Part shown: in pieces, positions 17,027-27,125 of the stretch
Position numbering within the stretch: the stretch's first letter is position 1
Layout: the number at the start of each line of letters is the position of its first letter
Source: Candidatus Latescibacterota bacterium
GTDB taxonomy: Bacteria; Latescibacterota; UBA2968; GCA-2709665
Length of the DNA: 64,000 nucleotides
Assembly (NCBI GenBank): GCA_965116875.1
Contig: OZ220733.1
Location: 4,736,001 to 4,800,000 of the forward strand
Direction: 5' to 3'
Position numbers and translations under genes: made by a program
Notes under the pieces: model-generated
What the model saw: only the letters and a program-made list of their open reading frames with translations
Databases searched by the model: none
What the model was told of the DNA's origin: nothing

Positions 17027-19330
17027 TCACCCCTTCCCGTTGCCTCCGCCACCATTTGCGATGAGGGTTTTCAGAACACGGCCCGGGGACATGGGCAGGT
17101 CGCGCAAACGCACGCCCACGGCATCGTAGATCGCATTCGCCACGGCGGCCGGTGGAGGAACAATGGGTACTTCTCCCACGCCCCGCACACCGTACGGGTG
17201 GCCCGGATTGGGCACTTCCACGATTACCGTCTCGATCATCGGCAGATCCAGACAGGTTGGCATCCGGTAGTCCAGAAGGCTGGCGTTTACGAGGTCGCCC
17301 GCTTCGTTGTAGAAGTATTCTTCGTTCAATGCCCATCCGATGCCCTGTGCCACGCCGCCCTGCATCTGCCCTTCCACGTACGAGGGGTGTATGGCTTTAC
17401 CTGCATCCTGGACGATGGTGACCCTGAGAATGTCCACCTTTCCGGTCTCGGGATCGACTTCCACGTCCACCACCATGACGGCGTACGCAGGCCCCGCCGC
17501 TTTGCCCGCCACCGCCGCGCGCCCGACCACGGGACCGCCCGTGGCGCCCAGCTTGCCTGCCAGTTCGGTAAACGTGATCGACTTCTCGGGGGCCGACCTC
17601 GACTTGAACACCCCGGTTTCGAAACCCACGTCGTCCTCCGAAATCTCCCACAATCTGGCCGCCCTGGCCTCCATCTGACGCTTTGCGTCCATGGCAGCCT
17701 CGTATCCCGCCCAACCCGTGGCAAACGTCACCCGGCTCCCGCCGGTGCCGTCTGTCTGTCCGATGGCATCGGTATCCACCACCATAGGCTTCACCTGCGC
17801 GGCCGGGATGCCCAGCACCTCTGCAACCTGCATCGCGATGGAGGTACGTGTACCACCGATATCGGGAGAGCCTTCGACCAGGCTGACCGTTCCGTCGGCA
17901 TTGACGCTGACCATAACCGTGGACGTGCCTCCCCCGTTGAACCAGAACCCCGATGCCACACCCCGACCCCGGTTGGGTCCGTCGAGTCCGGATTGATAAT
18001 GGTCTGACGCCATCGCCGCTTTCACGCATTCGTCGTGGCCGATCCGGGGAAACACCGGGCCGTCGGCCCGCCGGCTGCCCTCCCTGGCGGAGTTCTTCAG
18101 GCGAAACTCGAGCGGGTCGGTTTGAAGGTTTTCGCAGATCTCGTCGATCACCGTTTCAGCAGCGAATGCGCCGTTGGTTGCGCCCGGCGCGCGGTATGCG
18201 GAGGTCTGTGGCTTGTTCACGACCACGTCGTACCCGTCGATGACAACATTGGGAATGTCGTACGGAGAAAAGATACAGCCGGCGCCGGCGCCGACGGGTG
18301 ATCCCGGATAGGCCCCGGCTTCGTAGGCGAGATACGCCTGGGCGGCGACCAGCCTGCCGTCGTTCGTTGCGCCCATCTTCACCTTCATGAAGGAGCCCGG
18401 AGTCGGACCCGTCGCCTTGAGGACTTCCGTCCGGCTCATCACCATCTTTACGGGCTTGCCCGTCATCCTGGACATCACAGCGGCCGTCGGTTCCTCGTAG
18501 ACGCGGAACTTGCCGCCGAACCCGCCGCCGATCTCCGCCGGCACCACCCGGACCGTTGAGGCCGGCACTCCCAATACGACCGCGACCTGGTCTCGTACCT
18601 CGAACGGCCCCTGGGTACTCGTCCAGATGGTGATCTGGTCGTCCAGATTCCAATACGCCGTCGCGTTATGGGGCTCTATGTAACCCTGGTGTACCGTCTG
18701 CGTGCTGAACTCCCGTTCAACGACCACGTCGGCCTCGGCAAATCCCCGGTCGATGTCGCCAAGGGAATGCTGGAAATGACTGGCGACGTTTCCCGGTTTG
18801 TCCGTCGTCTGACCCAGTGACTTCATCCTCATGTTTTCGTGCAGGATTGGCGCGCCTTCTTCCATTGCGGGACGGACGTCGAGTACGGGCTCCAGAACTT
18901 CGTACTCCACGCGTATCAGATCGAGGGCTTCTTCCGCGATATGGGCCGACGTCGCCGCGACAGCAGCGACCGCATGCCCCTCGTAGAGCACTTTATCTGA
19001 AGCCAGTACGTTTTTGATGAGATCGGGCAGGTTTACGGACTCCTCCCCGATGGCGGCCACCTTGTCTTCGTAGTGTTGCGCGAGGTCTGCGCCCGTCATC
19101 ACGGCCTTTACGCCCGGAAGGGCTTCGGCAGCACTCGTATCAACGGATAGAATACGGGCGTGCGCATGCGGACTGCGGAGGGTTTTTCCGATCAACACGC
19201 CCGACGTATGGGTATCCGCTCCGTACTTCGCGCGGCCCGTCACCTTATCCGTACCATCGTGGCGAATCGGCCGGGTTCCCACCACATTGTAGCTCTCGAT
19301 GCCAAGATAGTCTTCGGTCTTCGTGGCCAT
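17027..19330 (-). CDS. Xanthine dehydrogenase family molybdopterin-binding subunit (paralog 2)
   Basis: DKVTGRA.Y, RSPHAHA, GGGFGGK, AYRAPG, GGSR, EGQMQGG, GVGE. Confidence 0.93.
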   Translation of the reverse strand: MATKTEDYLGIESYNVVGTRPIRHDGTDKVTGRAKYGADTHTSGVLIGKTLRSPHAHARILSVDTSAAEALPGVKAVMTGADLAQHYEDKVAAIGEESVNLPDLIKNVLASDKVLYEGHAVAAVAATSAHIAEEALDLIRVEYEVLEPVLDVRPAMEEGAPILHENMRMKSLGQTTDKPGNVASHFQHSLGDIDRGFAEADVVVEREFSTQTVHQGYIEPHNATAYWNLDDQITIWTSTQGPFEVRDQVAVVLGVPASTVRVVPAEIGGGFGGKFRVYEEPTAAVMSRMTGKPVKMVMSRTEVLKATGPTPGSFMKVKMGATNDGRLVAAQAYLAYEAGAYPGSPVGAGAGCIFSPYDIPNVVIDGYDVVVNKPQTSAYRAPGATNGAFAAETVIDEICENLQTDPLEFRLKNSAREGSRRADGPVFPRIGHDECVKAAMASDHYQSGLDGPNRGRGVASGFWFNGGGTSTVMVSVNADGTVSLVEGSPDIGGTRTSIAMQVAEVLGIPAAQVKPMVVDTDAIGQTDGTGGSRVTFATGWAGYEAAMDAKRQMEARAARLWEISEDDVGFETGVFKSRSAPEKSITFTELAGKLGATGGPVVGRAAVAGKAAGPAYAVMVVDVEVDPETGKVDILRVTIVQDAGKAIHPSYVEGQMQGGVAQGIGWALNEEYFYNEAGDLVNASLLDYRMPTCLDLPMIETVIVEVPNPGHPYGVRGVGEVPIVPPPAAVANAIYDAVGVRLRDLPMSPGRVLKTLIANGGGGNGKG

Positions 19331-19395
19331 TGTATTTGAATCTCCGGAAATTGGCGCACGGCCCCGTTACGCGAGGCACGCGCATGGGTTCTTCT

Positions 19396-21675
19396 TCACG
19401 GTCCGTTTTTGCTCCACAGCGCTTTGAGGACATTGCCGGGAGACATCGGCAACACGTTCATACGGATACCCGCGGCGCGGTAGATGGCATTGGCGAGTGC
19501 GGCCGGCGGCGGCACGATGGGCGCCTCTCCCACACCGCGCACTCCGTATGGATGACCGGGGTTTGGAACTTCCACGATAATGGTTTCGATCATCGGCAGG
19601 TCCAGGCAGGTCGGCATCCGGTAATCCAGCAGGCTGGCGTTGGTCAATTCACCCTTGTCGTTATACCAATACTCCTCGTTCAGTCCCCAACCGATCCCCT
19701 GCGCCGCGCCCCCCTGCATCTGACCCTCTACGTATGCGGGATGGATGGCCTTGCCCGCGTCCTGCACCATGGTGACCCTGAGAATATCCACCTTACCTGT
19801 ATCGGGATCGGTTTCGACGTCGGCGATCATCAGGGAAAACGCGCCTCCCACTCCCTGCGGGTCGACGGTCGCACGCCCGACGACAGGCCCGCCAGTCTCA
19901 TTGAGTTTTCCAGCCAGTTCCTTGAATGTCAAGGATTTCGACGGATCTGACCTGGATTTGAACGTGCCGTCCTCGAAAGCGACGTCGTCAGGCGAAATCT
20001 CCCAGTATTTCGCGGCGCGCTCGACCATCTGCGCAATGATGTCCTGTGCTGCGTTGTATGCCGCCCAGCCCGTGGCGAACGTCACCCGGCTTCCGCCCGT
20101 CACGTCGGTCTCCCCAACGCCGTCGGTATCCGCCACGACCGGATTCACGTCTTCCGCCGGGATGCCCAACGGCTCGGCGAGCTGCATCGCCACCGAGGTC
20201 CGCGTACCGCCGATATCGGTGGACCCTTCGACCAGGCTTACCGTGCCGTCCGTATTTACGGACGCACACGCGCTGGATTTGAGCCCCACATTGAACCAGA
20301 AGCCGGAAGCCACGCCGCGACCCCGGTTTTTCCCCTCCAGGGGCGCATTGTAGTGTTCGCTCGTCATCGCCGCCCTTAACACTTCCTCGTGGCCGATACG
20401 GGGAAACGTGGGGCCGTCCGCCCTGCGCGTACCTTCTCTTGCCGTATTCTTCATGCGGAACTCGAGTGGATCCTCGCCAAGCCTCTCGCAGATCTCGTCG
20501 ATGATGGTCTCCGACGCAAAGGCCGCATTGGTGGCGCCAGGTGCTCTATAGGCCATCGTCTGGGGCTTGTTTACAACGACGTTGTACCCGTCGATGACCA
20601 CGTTCGGGATCTCATAAGGAGCGAAAATGCACATGGCGCCGGGTTCGGCCCATGCTCCGGCGAACCCACCCGATTCGTAGGCCAGGTAAGCCTGTGCGGC
20701 CACGAGTTTGCCTTCGCTGGTGGCGCCCATCCTGACGCGGACGTAGGATCCGGGAGTGGGTCCCGTGGCCTTCAGCACCTCGTCGCGGCTCATCACCATT
20801 TTCACCGGATGGCCGGACTTTTTCGAAAGAACAGCGGCAACCGGCTCCAGGTACACCCTGATCTTGCCGCCGAATCCCCCGCCGATTTCGGTTGGGATCA
20901 CCCGGATATTCACGGGCGATATCTGTAGCAGCCCCGCCAGCTGCTCGCGCACCGTAAACGATCCCTGGGTGCTGCACCAGACCGTAAGACGCCCATCGGG
21001 GTTCCAAAGCGCCGTGGCATTCTGCGGTTCGATGTATCCCTGGTGTACCGTGTCGGTAAAAAACTCCCGTTCAATCACCACGTCGGCCTCTTCGAAGCCC
21101 GACTCGACGTCCCCAAGCTTATGCTGAAAGTGCGTGGCGATATTGCTTGGCTTTCCGGTATCTTCGCCCAGCGACTCGGTGGTAAGGCTTTCATGCAGGA
21201 GCGGGGATTCCGGTTTCATTGCCTCCCGCACGTCGAGCAGCGGCTCCAGAATCTCGTATTCCACGTCGATCAGCCCAAGCGCCTCCTCCGCAATATGCGC
21301 GCTTGTCGCGGCCACGGCCGCCACCGCGTGGCCGTCGTAGACCACCTTGCCGTCGGCCAGTACGTTGGCGCGCAGATCCACCATATCGGCCGCGCCTTCT
21401 CCCAGGTCCTCCACCTTCTTCTCGGGTACGGGAATGTCGGCGACGGTGGCAACGGCCTTCACGCCGTCGAGCGCTTCGGCCCGATTCGTGCGAATGGACA
21501 CAATGCGCGCGTGGGCATGGGGGCTTCGCAACACCTTCCCGTAGACAAGGCCGGACATGTGAACATCGGCTCCGTATATGGCCCGTCCCGTGACCTTGTC
21601 CACGCCATCGTGCCTGATCGGCCGGCTGCCCAGCACCTTGTATTCCTGTATTCCGAGATAGTCCTCAGTTGGCAT
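19396..21675 (-). CDS. Xanthine dehydrogenase family molybdopterin-binding subunit (paralog 1)
   Basis: Same motif set as paralog 2; true start MPTEDYLG at 21675 overlaps the 2Fe-2S gene stop (TGATG). Confidence 0.93.
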   Translation of the reverse strand: MPTEDYLGIQEYKVLGSRPIRHDGVDKVTGRAIYGADVHMSGLVYGKVLRSPHAHARIVSIRTNRAEALDGVKAVATVADIPVPEKKVEDLGEGAADMVDLRANVLADGKVVYDGHAVAAVAATSAHIAEEALGLIDVEYEILEPLLDVREAMKPESPLLHESLTTESLGEDTGKPSNIATHFQHKLGDVESGFEEADVVIEREFFTDTVHQGYIEPQNATALWNPDGRLTVWCSTQGSFTVREQLAGLLQISPVNIRVIPTEIGGGFGGKIRVYLEPVAAVLSKKSGHPVKMVMSRDEVLKATGPTPGSYVRVRMGATSEGKLVAAQAYLAYESGGFAGAWAEPGAMCIFAPYEIPNVVIDGYNVVVNKPQTMAYRAPGATNAAFASETIIDEICERLGEDPLEFRMKNTAREGTRRADGPTFPRIGHEEVLRAAMTSEHYNAPLEGKNRGRGVASGFWFNVGLKSSACASVNTDGTVSLVEGSTDIGGTRTSVAMQLAEPLGIPAEDVNPVVADTDGVGETDVTGGSRVTFATGWAAYNAAQDIIAQMVERAAKYWEISPDDVAFEDGTFKSRSDPSKSLTFKELAGKLNETGGPVVGRATVDPQGVGGAFSLMIADVETDPDTGKVDILRVTMVQDAGKAIHPAYVEGQMQGGAAQGIGWGLNEEYWYNDKGELTNASLLDYRMPTCLDLPMIETIIVEVPNPGHPYGVRGVGEAPIVPPPAALANAIYRAAGIRMNVLPMSPGNVLKALWSKNGP

Positions 21676-22157
21676 CAGGCCGTCTCCTTCATCGTTCCGG
21701 CCGTGTCCATCACTGCTCTGACGATCTTGTCGTATCCGGTACACCGGCAGAGATTCCCGGCCAGCCACAGGCGAATCCGCTGTTCGTCCGGTTCCGGTTC
21801 CCGATCCAGCAACGCTTTCGCCGCCACGATAAACCCGGGCGTGCATACGCCGCACTGAAGCGCCGCGTGTTCCAGGAACTTCTGCTGCAACGGATGCAGC
21901 CCCTCCGCGGTCGCCACGCCTTCAATGGTTGTGATTTCGCACCCTTGTGCCTCCACTCCCAGCGCAAGACAGGAATTGATGACGCGTCCGTTGATTATGA
22001 CGCTGCAGGCGCCGCAGTTGCCGTTGCCGCAACCCTCTTTGGCCCCGGTGAGATCCAGGATGTCGCGAAGCACCTCCAGCAACGTATCCCTGGGTTCGCA
22101 CAGAAACTCCGTTTCTTCTCCGTTGATCGTCGTTGTGACGTGAACTTTGCCGGCCAT
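21675..22157 (-). CDS. (2Fe-2S)-binding small subunit (CoxS/CutS family)
   Basis: GCGNGNCGAC, QCGVC, NLCRCTGY. Confidence 0.93.
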   Translation of the reverse strand: MAGKVHVTTTINGEETEFLCEPRDTLLEVLRDILDLTGAKEGCGNGNCGACSVIINGRVINSCLALGVEAQGCEITTIEGVATAEGLHPLQQKFLEHAALQCGVCTPGFIVAAKALLDREPEPDEQRIRLWLAGNLCRCTGYDKIVRAVMDTAGTMKETA

Positions 22158-22209
22158 CTTTTGCGGACTCCTTTATTCGCGATTATTCGGAAAACTCCAG
22201 ACACGCTGA

Positions 22210-23079
22210 CTAACGTGCGCGTTCCACCGCGCCGCAAACCGCTCGCCGGGTCAGGACACCGGCCAGATGAACGCGTTGCTCAATGGTACCACGCATATCC
22301 GTAATCGGTCTGGCGGACTGCCGGGCGATCTCGGCTGCCATTTCGATTGACTGATCCGATACCTCGCTGCCGGCAAGGGCCGCCCCGGCCGCGGGCAGGA
22401 AAAGCGGAACGGGCGCCACGGCGCCGACAGCGATCCGGGCGGATTCGAACGTGCTCTTCTCCTCGTTCAATACCACGGAAGCCGCGGCGTTGACCACTGC
22501 GATATCCATTTCGTTCCTTGGGATGAACCGGAGGAAGTACGCACCCGAGTTCGCCGCGGGAGCGGGGAAATGGAGAGATACGAGAAATTCGCCGTCCTGA
22601 AGCACCGTCTGCCCCGGCGCCAAACAAAAGTCCTCCACGGCAACTTCCCTTTCTCCCTCCGGGCCGGCGATCCTGGCGGTCGCCCCAAGAACGATGAGCG
22701 TTGGGATGGTATCCGCCGCGGGTGACGCATTGCAAAGGTTCCCGCCTATTGTCGCCCTGCCCTGAATCTGAATGGATCCGATCAGCTCCGTCGAATCTAC
22801 GAGCGCCGGGTAGTTCGACGCTACGTCTTCGTTTTCGTAAATGTCGCAACAGGACACCCCCGCCCCGATCGTCAGTCCCTCCCGGGGATCGAATGCCAGT
22901 TCGTTCGCCGCGGGTATCTTCTTGACATCCACCAGCACCTTCACCTGACGCCGCCCCTCTTTCAACTGTGCGATGATATCGGATCCGCCCGCCAACATCC
23001 TGGCATCCGACCCGCTTTCAGACAGCACGGCGACGGCTTCGTCTACCGATTGTGGCGCAACGTAATCGAACGCATGCAA
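22210..23079 (-). CDS. FAD-binding medium subunit (CoxM/CutM family)
   Basis: LAGGSD, ATIGGNLCNASPAAD, PITDMRG; TTG start with GGAGG RBS. Confidence 0.92.
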   Translation of the reverse strand: MHAFDYVAPQSVDEAVAVLSESGSDARMLAGGSDIIAQLKEGRRQVKVLVDVKKIPAANELAFDPREGLTIGAGVSCCDIYENEDVASNYPALVDSTELIGSIQIQGRATIGGNLCNASPAADTIPTLIVLGATARIAGPEGEREVAVEDFCLAPGQTVLQDGEFLVSLHFPAPAANSGAYFLRFIPRNEMDIAVVNAAASVVLNEEKSTFESARIAVGAVAPVPLFLPAAGAALAGSEVSDQSIEMAAEIARQSARPITDMRGTIEQRVHLAGVLTRRAVCGAVERAR

Positions 23080-23156
23080 GGTTCGTTCCTCCTGTACGGA
23101 AGTCGTAGATCTACCGGCCGCTATTGACCCACGTGGAATGGCCGGGATTGCGGCTA

Positions 23157-23185
23157 ACGATAAGGCCCCATCCGCTTGTTGTCAA
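23157..23185 (-). promoter_or_regulatory. Putative sigma-70 promoter of the Mo-hydroxylase operon
   Basis: Minus strand TTGACA-N17-TATCGT. Confidence 0.55.
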
Positions 23186-23219
23186 GGGTTTTCCGGGCGC
23201 CCGATGCGATCCGTGCAAC

Positions 23220-24368
23220 TCAAGCGGGCGGGATGGCCGACTTCGCATCTCGGGCACAGACGACGGTATATCCCCCGCGGGATTCCAACTGATCCACGGT
23301 ATCGAACGCACGCTTCATTTGCTTGACGTAAATGCCCGGACGCATCGCGACAACCGCGAATCGCCCCTTCGAACTGAGATGCAGAGCGGCGCCCTGTACG
23401 AATCGACGTGCCGTTGCTGCGCCGTCATGCGTGGGCGCGTTGCAGAGGATGAGATCGAAGACCTGCCCCGGAACGGCTTCGAAACCGTCGCTGAGACCGA
23501 CCCGTGCGTTCGCCAGCCCGTTGCGGACGATATTTCGCCTTGCGCAGCATACGGCCAACAGGCTGGTATCCAGCAAATGAACTTCGCGAGCCCGTTTCGC
23601 CGCGGCGATTCCGATTGCGCCGTATCCGCAGCCCAGATCGAGCACGCGATCGTCCACCGTGACATCGACCGCCTCAATCAGAATCCGGGCGCCGGCATCC
23701 AGTCCGCGGCTCGAAAAGACGCCCGCCGAAGCCTCAAACGTGAGAGGGCCTCCGGGCAGATCGGCCACCTCAAAGACATACGCCGGATCCACGGGATGCG
23801 CGCCGGTTCCCGGAGAGCTTTTTTTCGATCTGTAGACCCGATAACCCGATCTCACCGTTGCCGTTTCAACCCCTCCGAAAACAGCCTCAATTCGCCTCCG
23901 ATAGCTCTCCACGCCCGCGTTTCGCCGGCCCCCCAGAAGGAAACGTCCGCGAATTGCCATTTTCCGGTATGCCGCTTCGATGAGTTCGAACACACGCGGC
24001 TTGGATTCCCATCGGGCGGGAGCGTAGAGGACCACGTCGAAACCGGGGCCGGTGAGGACAGCCGGTGAGACTTCGAGCCAGGCGCACGCGTTGTGCAGCT
24101 CCATGCGCCGGATCGCGTCCTCGCAGACCCTCACGTCGCGCAGATCGGAACCCATGAACTGGATACTGCCAGTATCCAGTTCCAGCCCAACCGGGCGCCC
24201 GGCCATTCCCAGGTCCAGAACCCGCTCATGGGGTTCGACCGCCGCCGCCGCGAGCAATTCGGAGACCTGGCGAGACCGGAGATTTCGGAATCTGTCGATG
24301 AGTCTTCCCTTCGTTTCTGCTGTCGCGAGCGGTTCGGACTGGTGCAATAGCGACTTGACAACAGGCAA
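23220..24368 (-). CDS. RsmC/RlmG-like class I SAM methyltransferase (duplicated MTS domains)
   Basis: GVFSSRGLDAG, VLDLGCGYG, CNAPTH, plus a degenerate N-terminal VLDLG copy. Start uncertain. Confidence 0.8.
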   Translation of the reverse strand: MPVVKSLLHQSEPLATAETKGRLIDRFRNLRSRQVSELLAAAAVEPHERVLDLGMAGRPVGLELDTGSIQFMGSDLRDVRVCEDAIRRMELHNACAWLEVSPAVLTGPGFDVVLYAPARWESKPRVFELIEAAYRKMAIRGRFLLGGRRNAGVESYRRRIEAVFGGVETATVRSGYRVYRSKKSSPGTGAHPVDPAYVFEVADLPGGPLTFEASAGVFSSRGLDAGARILIEAVDVTVDDRVLDLGCGYGAIGIAAAKRAREVHLLDTSLLAVCCARRNIVRNGLANARVGLSDGFEAVPGQVFDLILCNAPTHDGAATARRFVQGAALHLSSKGRFAVVAMRPGIYVKQMKRAFDTVDQLESRGGYTVVCARDAKSAIPPA

Positions 24369-24414
24369 TGAGCGACGTAAATTAATCTAGACAGTCTAGC
24401 TTAATATGACTAGA
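24355..24414 (+). promoter_or_regulatory. Toxin-antitoxin promoter with operator palindrome
   Basis: TTGACA(24355)-N17-TAAATT, overlapped/followed by the palindrome ATTAA-T-CTAGAC-A-GTCTAG-C-TTAAT (24381-24405). Confidence 0.65.
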
Positions 24415-24437
24415 TATAAGTATGAGGAGAAAAATCG

Positions 24438-24689
24438 ATGAATACGGTCTGGGCGTTGCAGGATGCCAAGAATCGATTGAGCGAGTTGGTGAACAGCGCT
24501 GTGCGTGAAGGACCTCAAACCATCACCCGAAGAGGCAAAGAAACGGCCGTCGTCGTCTCCATTGAAGACTTCAGGCAACTGACGACATCACCGGGCTCTC
24601 TGGTCTCCTTCTTCCGCAATTCACCCCTGGCAGGATCGGGCGTCGATCTGGAGAGGATTACCGATTACGGACGGGAAGTCGACCTGTGA
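24438..24689 (+). CDS. Phd/YefM family antitoxin
   Basis: W.LQDAKNRLSELV...GPQ.ITRRG...AVVVS; GAGGAG RBS. Confidence 0.92.
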   Translation: MNTVWALQDAKNRLSELVNSAVREGPQTITRRGKETAVVVSIEDFRQLTTSPGSLVSFFRNSPLAGSGVDLERITDYGREVDL

Positions 24690-25120
24690 AGTTCCTGATC
24701 GACACCTGCGTCATTTCGGAACTCGTGAAAAAGGCGCCTTCAAGCGGGGTGACGCGGTGGCTGGAACAACAGGATGAACTCTCGTTGTATTTGAGCGTGA
24801 TCACTTTCGGCGAATTACATAAAGGTATTGCACAATTGCAGGCCGGTCGGAAAAAACGGGAATTAAATGAGTGGGTCGAAGGCCAACTGAGCAGGCGATT
24901 CACAGGACGAATTTTGGATGTCGATATCGACGTTGCCGTCCGATGGGGCGAGATCTCGACAGCAGCCGGTAAAGTTGGACGTACCGTACCCGTTCTGGAC
25001 GGCCTGTTGGCGGCAACCGCCCTGACTTTCGGTATGACGTTCGTCACCCGAAATACCGACCACGTCCAGGAAACCGGCGTTCGTTTGCTCGATCCATGGG
25101 TAACAGGACTCCAGCAATAG
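24686..25120 (+). CDS. vapC: VapC PIN-domain toxin
   Basis: FLIDTCVISE, SVITFGEL, DGLLAATA, VTRN; GTGA overlap with the antitoxin. Confidence 0.92.
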   Translation: MKFLIDTCVISELVKKAPSSGVTRWLEQQDELSLYLSVITFGELHKGIAQLQAGRKKRELNEWVEGQLSRRFTGRILDVDIDVAVRWGEISTAAGKVGRTVPVLDGLLAATALTFGMTFVTRNTDHVQETGVRLLDPWVTGLQQ

Positions 25121-25137
25121 GTCTCGACTCGAAGGAT

Positions 25138-25956
25138 TCACCCGCTGCGCTTCAGACGCCCGGTCCGCTTGGCGTACACCTCGGCCACGTGAAAGATCCA
25201 CAATCCCAGCGGAACCATGATTACGCCTGAAATCGTCAGGATGATGAGGTCGCCCTGTACATCGGCGATGCTCGCGTTGTCGAGCAGCGCCGTCCTGATG
25301 GATCGGAGCGCATAGGTCCCGGGCGAAAACGTCGAAAGCGGCCGCAGCCAGTCGGGGAGTACCGACACATCGTAGTAGACCCCGGATATCAGGAGCACCA
25401 GCGTTCCGAAAATGTCGGTGGCGCGCGCGCCCTTCTCCGGCGAGAGTAGCGGAAACACGGCAGCCATCAGGCCCATGCCAAGGAACGAGAGACTGGCCGT
25501 TGTCAGAACGGCGACCGCCGTGGTCAGATTTGCGTCCGACAGGCTCAGATCGAAAAACAGAACGGCCGATACGAGGACGATGCCGGACCTGAGAAAACCG
25601 TAGACGATCGCGTATATGCATTGCCCGGCGAGGTGCGTAAGCCTGTAGACGGGAGACATGAACGTGTATTCTATCGTGCCTTCCCATCGCTCCCAGGCGA
25701 CGGCGTCAGCGACTTCGAAGAACAGGAGTCGCAGGAAATTCCAGAGCACGGCGCCCACGATCAGGAAGAGTACCGCCTCTCGCACTTTCTCCGGGTCGTC
25801 TCCGCCCATATACACCCCGATCAACCCGATCGTCAACGCGTGCACCACGTTCCAGACGACAAAAATCAGCTCCCAGCTCGCGTATCGCCTGGCGAGATTG
25901 AAATTCCGCTCGATAAACGCTACCGACGCCTTGATCTCGGCGGTCAGCGGGTTCAT
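25138..25956 (-). CDS. ABC-2 type transporter permease
   Basis: ERWEGTIE, SGVYY..SVLP.W, about 6 TM helices; ATG 25956 overlaps the ATPase stop. Confidence 0.88.
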   Translation of the reverse strand: MNPLTAEIKASVAFIERNFNLARRYASWELIFVVWNVVHALTIGLIGVYMGGDDPEKVREAVLFLIVGAVLWNFLRLLFFEVADAVAWERWEGTIEYTFMSPVYRLTHLAGQCIYAIVYGFLRSGIVLVSAVLFFDLSLSDANLTTAVAVLTTASLSFLGMGLMAAVFPLLSPEKGARATDIFGTLVLLISGVYYDVSVLPDWLRPLSTFSPGTYALRSIRTALLDNASIADVQGDLIILTISGVIMVPLGLWIFHVAEVYAKRTGRLKRSG

Positions 25957-26903
25957 TCTCCGTCTCCTTCCGACTCCCCTTCCAGATCGGCATGGGCAAG
26001 ATCCATTCCCGTCATCTTGAAAAACACATCCTCCAGACTGCCCCCCACGCACCCGGCGCGAACCTTCAGTTCGTCGACCGTGCCCATGGCGATGAATTTC
26101 CCGTGGTGGATGATCGAAACCCGGTTGCAAATCCGTTCCGCTTCGTCCATGTCGTGCGTCGTCAACAGAACGGTCGCTTCGTGGCGTTCTCGAATTCCTG
26201 TAACATAGTCCTGAACCTGTCGTTTGGACACCGGGTCCAGTCCCGTCGTCGGCTCGTCCATCAACAGCAGTACCGGAGACGTCAGGAGCGCGCGGGCGAC
26301 GGCCACCTTCTGCTGCATGCCCCGTGAAAGGTCCTCCACAGGCTGATCCACCCGGTCTTCGCCGAAACCCAGTTCCGCCAGGATCGCCGTGGCTCGTCGG
26401 CGGCCTTCACGCACGGGAACTCCATACAAACGAGCCGCGTAACTCAGGTTTTCCCACGCCGACAGTTTTTTGAAGAACGCCGCGTCCACGGACACCCTGT
26501 TGATGCAGCGTCGTACACGCATCGCATCCCGCTCAACGTGCAGACCGAATACAAGGGCCTCGCCGCTGTCCGGAAAGACGAGTGTCGAGAGGATTCGAAT
26601 CAGCGTCGACTTTCCGGAACCATTCGGACCCAGAATCCCGAAGATCTCGCCCCGCTTCACCTCGAACCCAACCCGGTCGACGGCCAGGATCTCCCTGCGA
26701 CGCCGTCTGAATCGGTCCAGAAATCCGTTCGACCTGCCGGATTCGTTGTCGGGCACCCGGAAGACCTTCGTCAAGTCCGTCGCCCGAACCGCTGGCGCGT
26801 CATAATCGATGTCCAACGCAGTTTTCCCCTTCCCTGTGGAGACCGCCGTTCCTGCCCCGGTCCACCCGCATCCGTTCGGTTCCCGCCAGTTGGTTCCGGA
26901 CAC
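25953..26903 (-). CDS. ABC transporter ATP-binding protein (exporter type)
   Basis: GPNGSGKST, LSRGMQQ, DEPTTGLD, TTH. The true start may lie somewhat downstream. Confidence 0.9.
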   Translation of the reverse strand: MSGTNWREPNGCGWTGAGTAVSTGKGKTALDIDYDAPAVRATDLTKVFRVPDNESGRSNGFLDRFRRRRREILAVDRVGFEVKRGEIFGILGPNGSGKSTLIRILSTLVFPDSGEALVFGLHVERDAMRVRRCINRVSVDAAFFKKLSAWENLSYAARLYGVPVREGRRRATAILAELGFGEDRVDQPVEDLSRGMQQKVAVARALLTSPVLLLMDEPTTGLDPVSKRQVQDYVTGIRERHEATVLLTTHDMDEAERICNRVSIIHHGKFIAMGTVDELKVRAGCVGGSLEDVFFKMTGMDLAHADLEGESEGDGE

Positions 26904-26957
26904 GCAGACTGCGCGAACCGGGAATGAAAGCGGCCGCGGTGGACGAAGTCAGTAAAT

Positions 26958-26982
26958 AAAAAAAGATGCGCCTTTGCGCATC
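26958..26982 (-). terminator. Intrinsic terminator
   Basis: Minus strand GATGCGC-AAAG-GCGCATC followed by TTTTTTT. Confidence 0.75.
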
Positions 26983-27125
26983 CTGATATGGACCCACGTT
27001 ACGTCGACCGTAACGTCCGAACCGCTCCTCGTACGCCCTGCGTCTGCACCCTTTTGGGCCCGAACCGCCCAATTCCGTGGTGAACACCCGCCGCGCCCCG
27101 GACACCCCGAATCGAACCCGGGGGC

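Noticed and set aside
17027-21675. Aerobic CO dehydrogenase (CoxL) assignment
   Set aside because: The active-site loop is AYRAPG, not AYRCSFR (form I) or AYRGAGR (form II).
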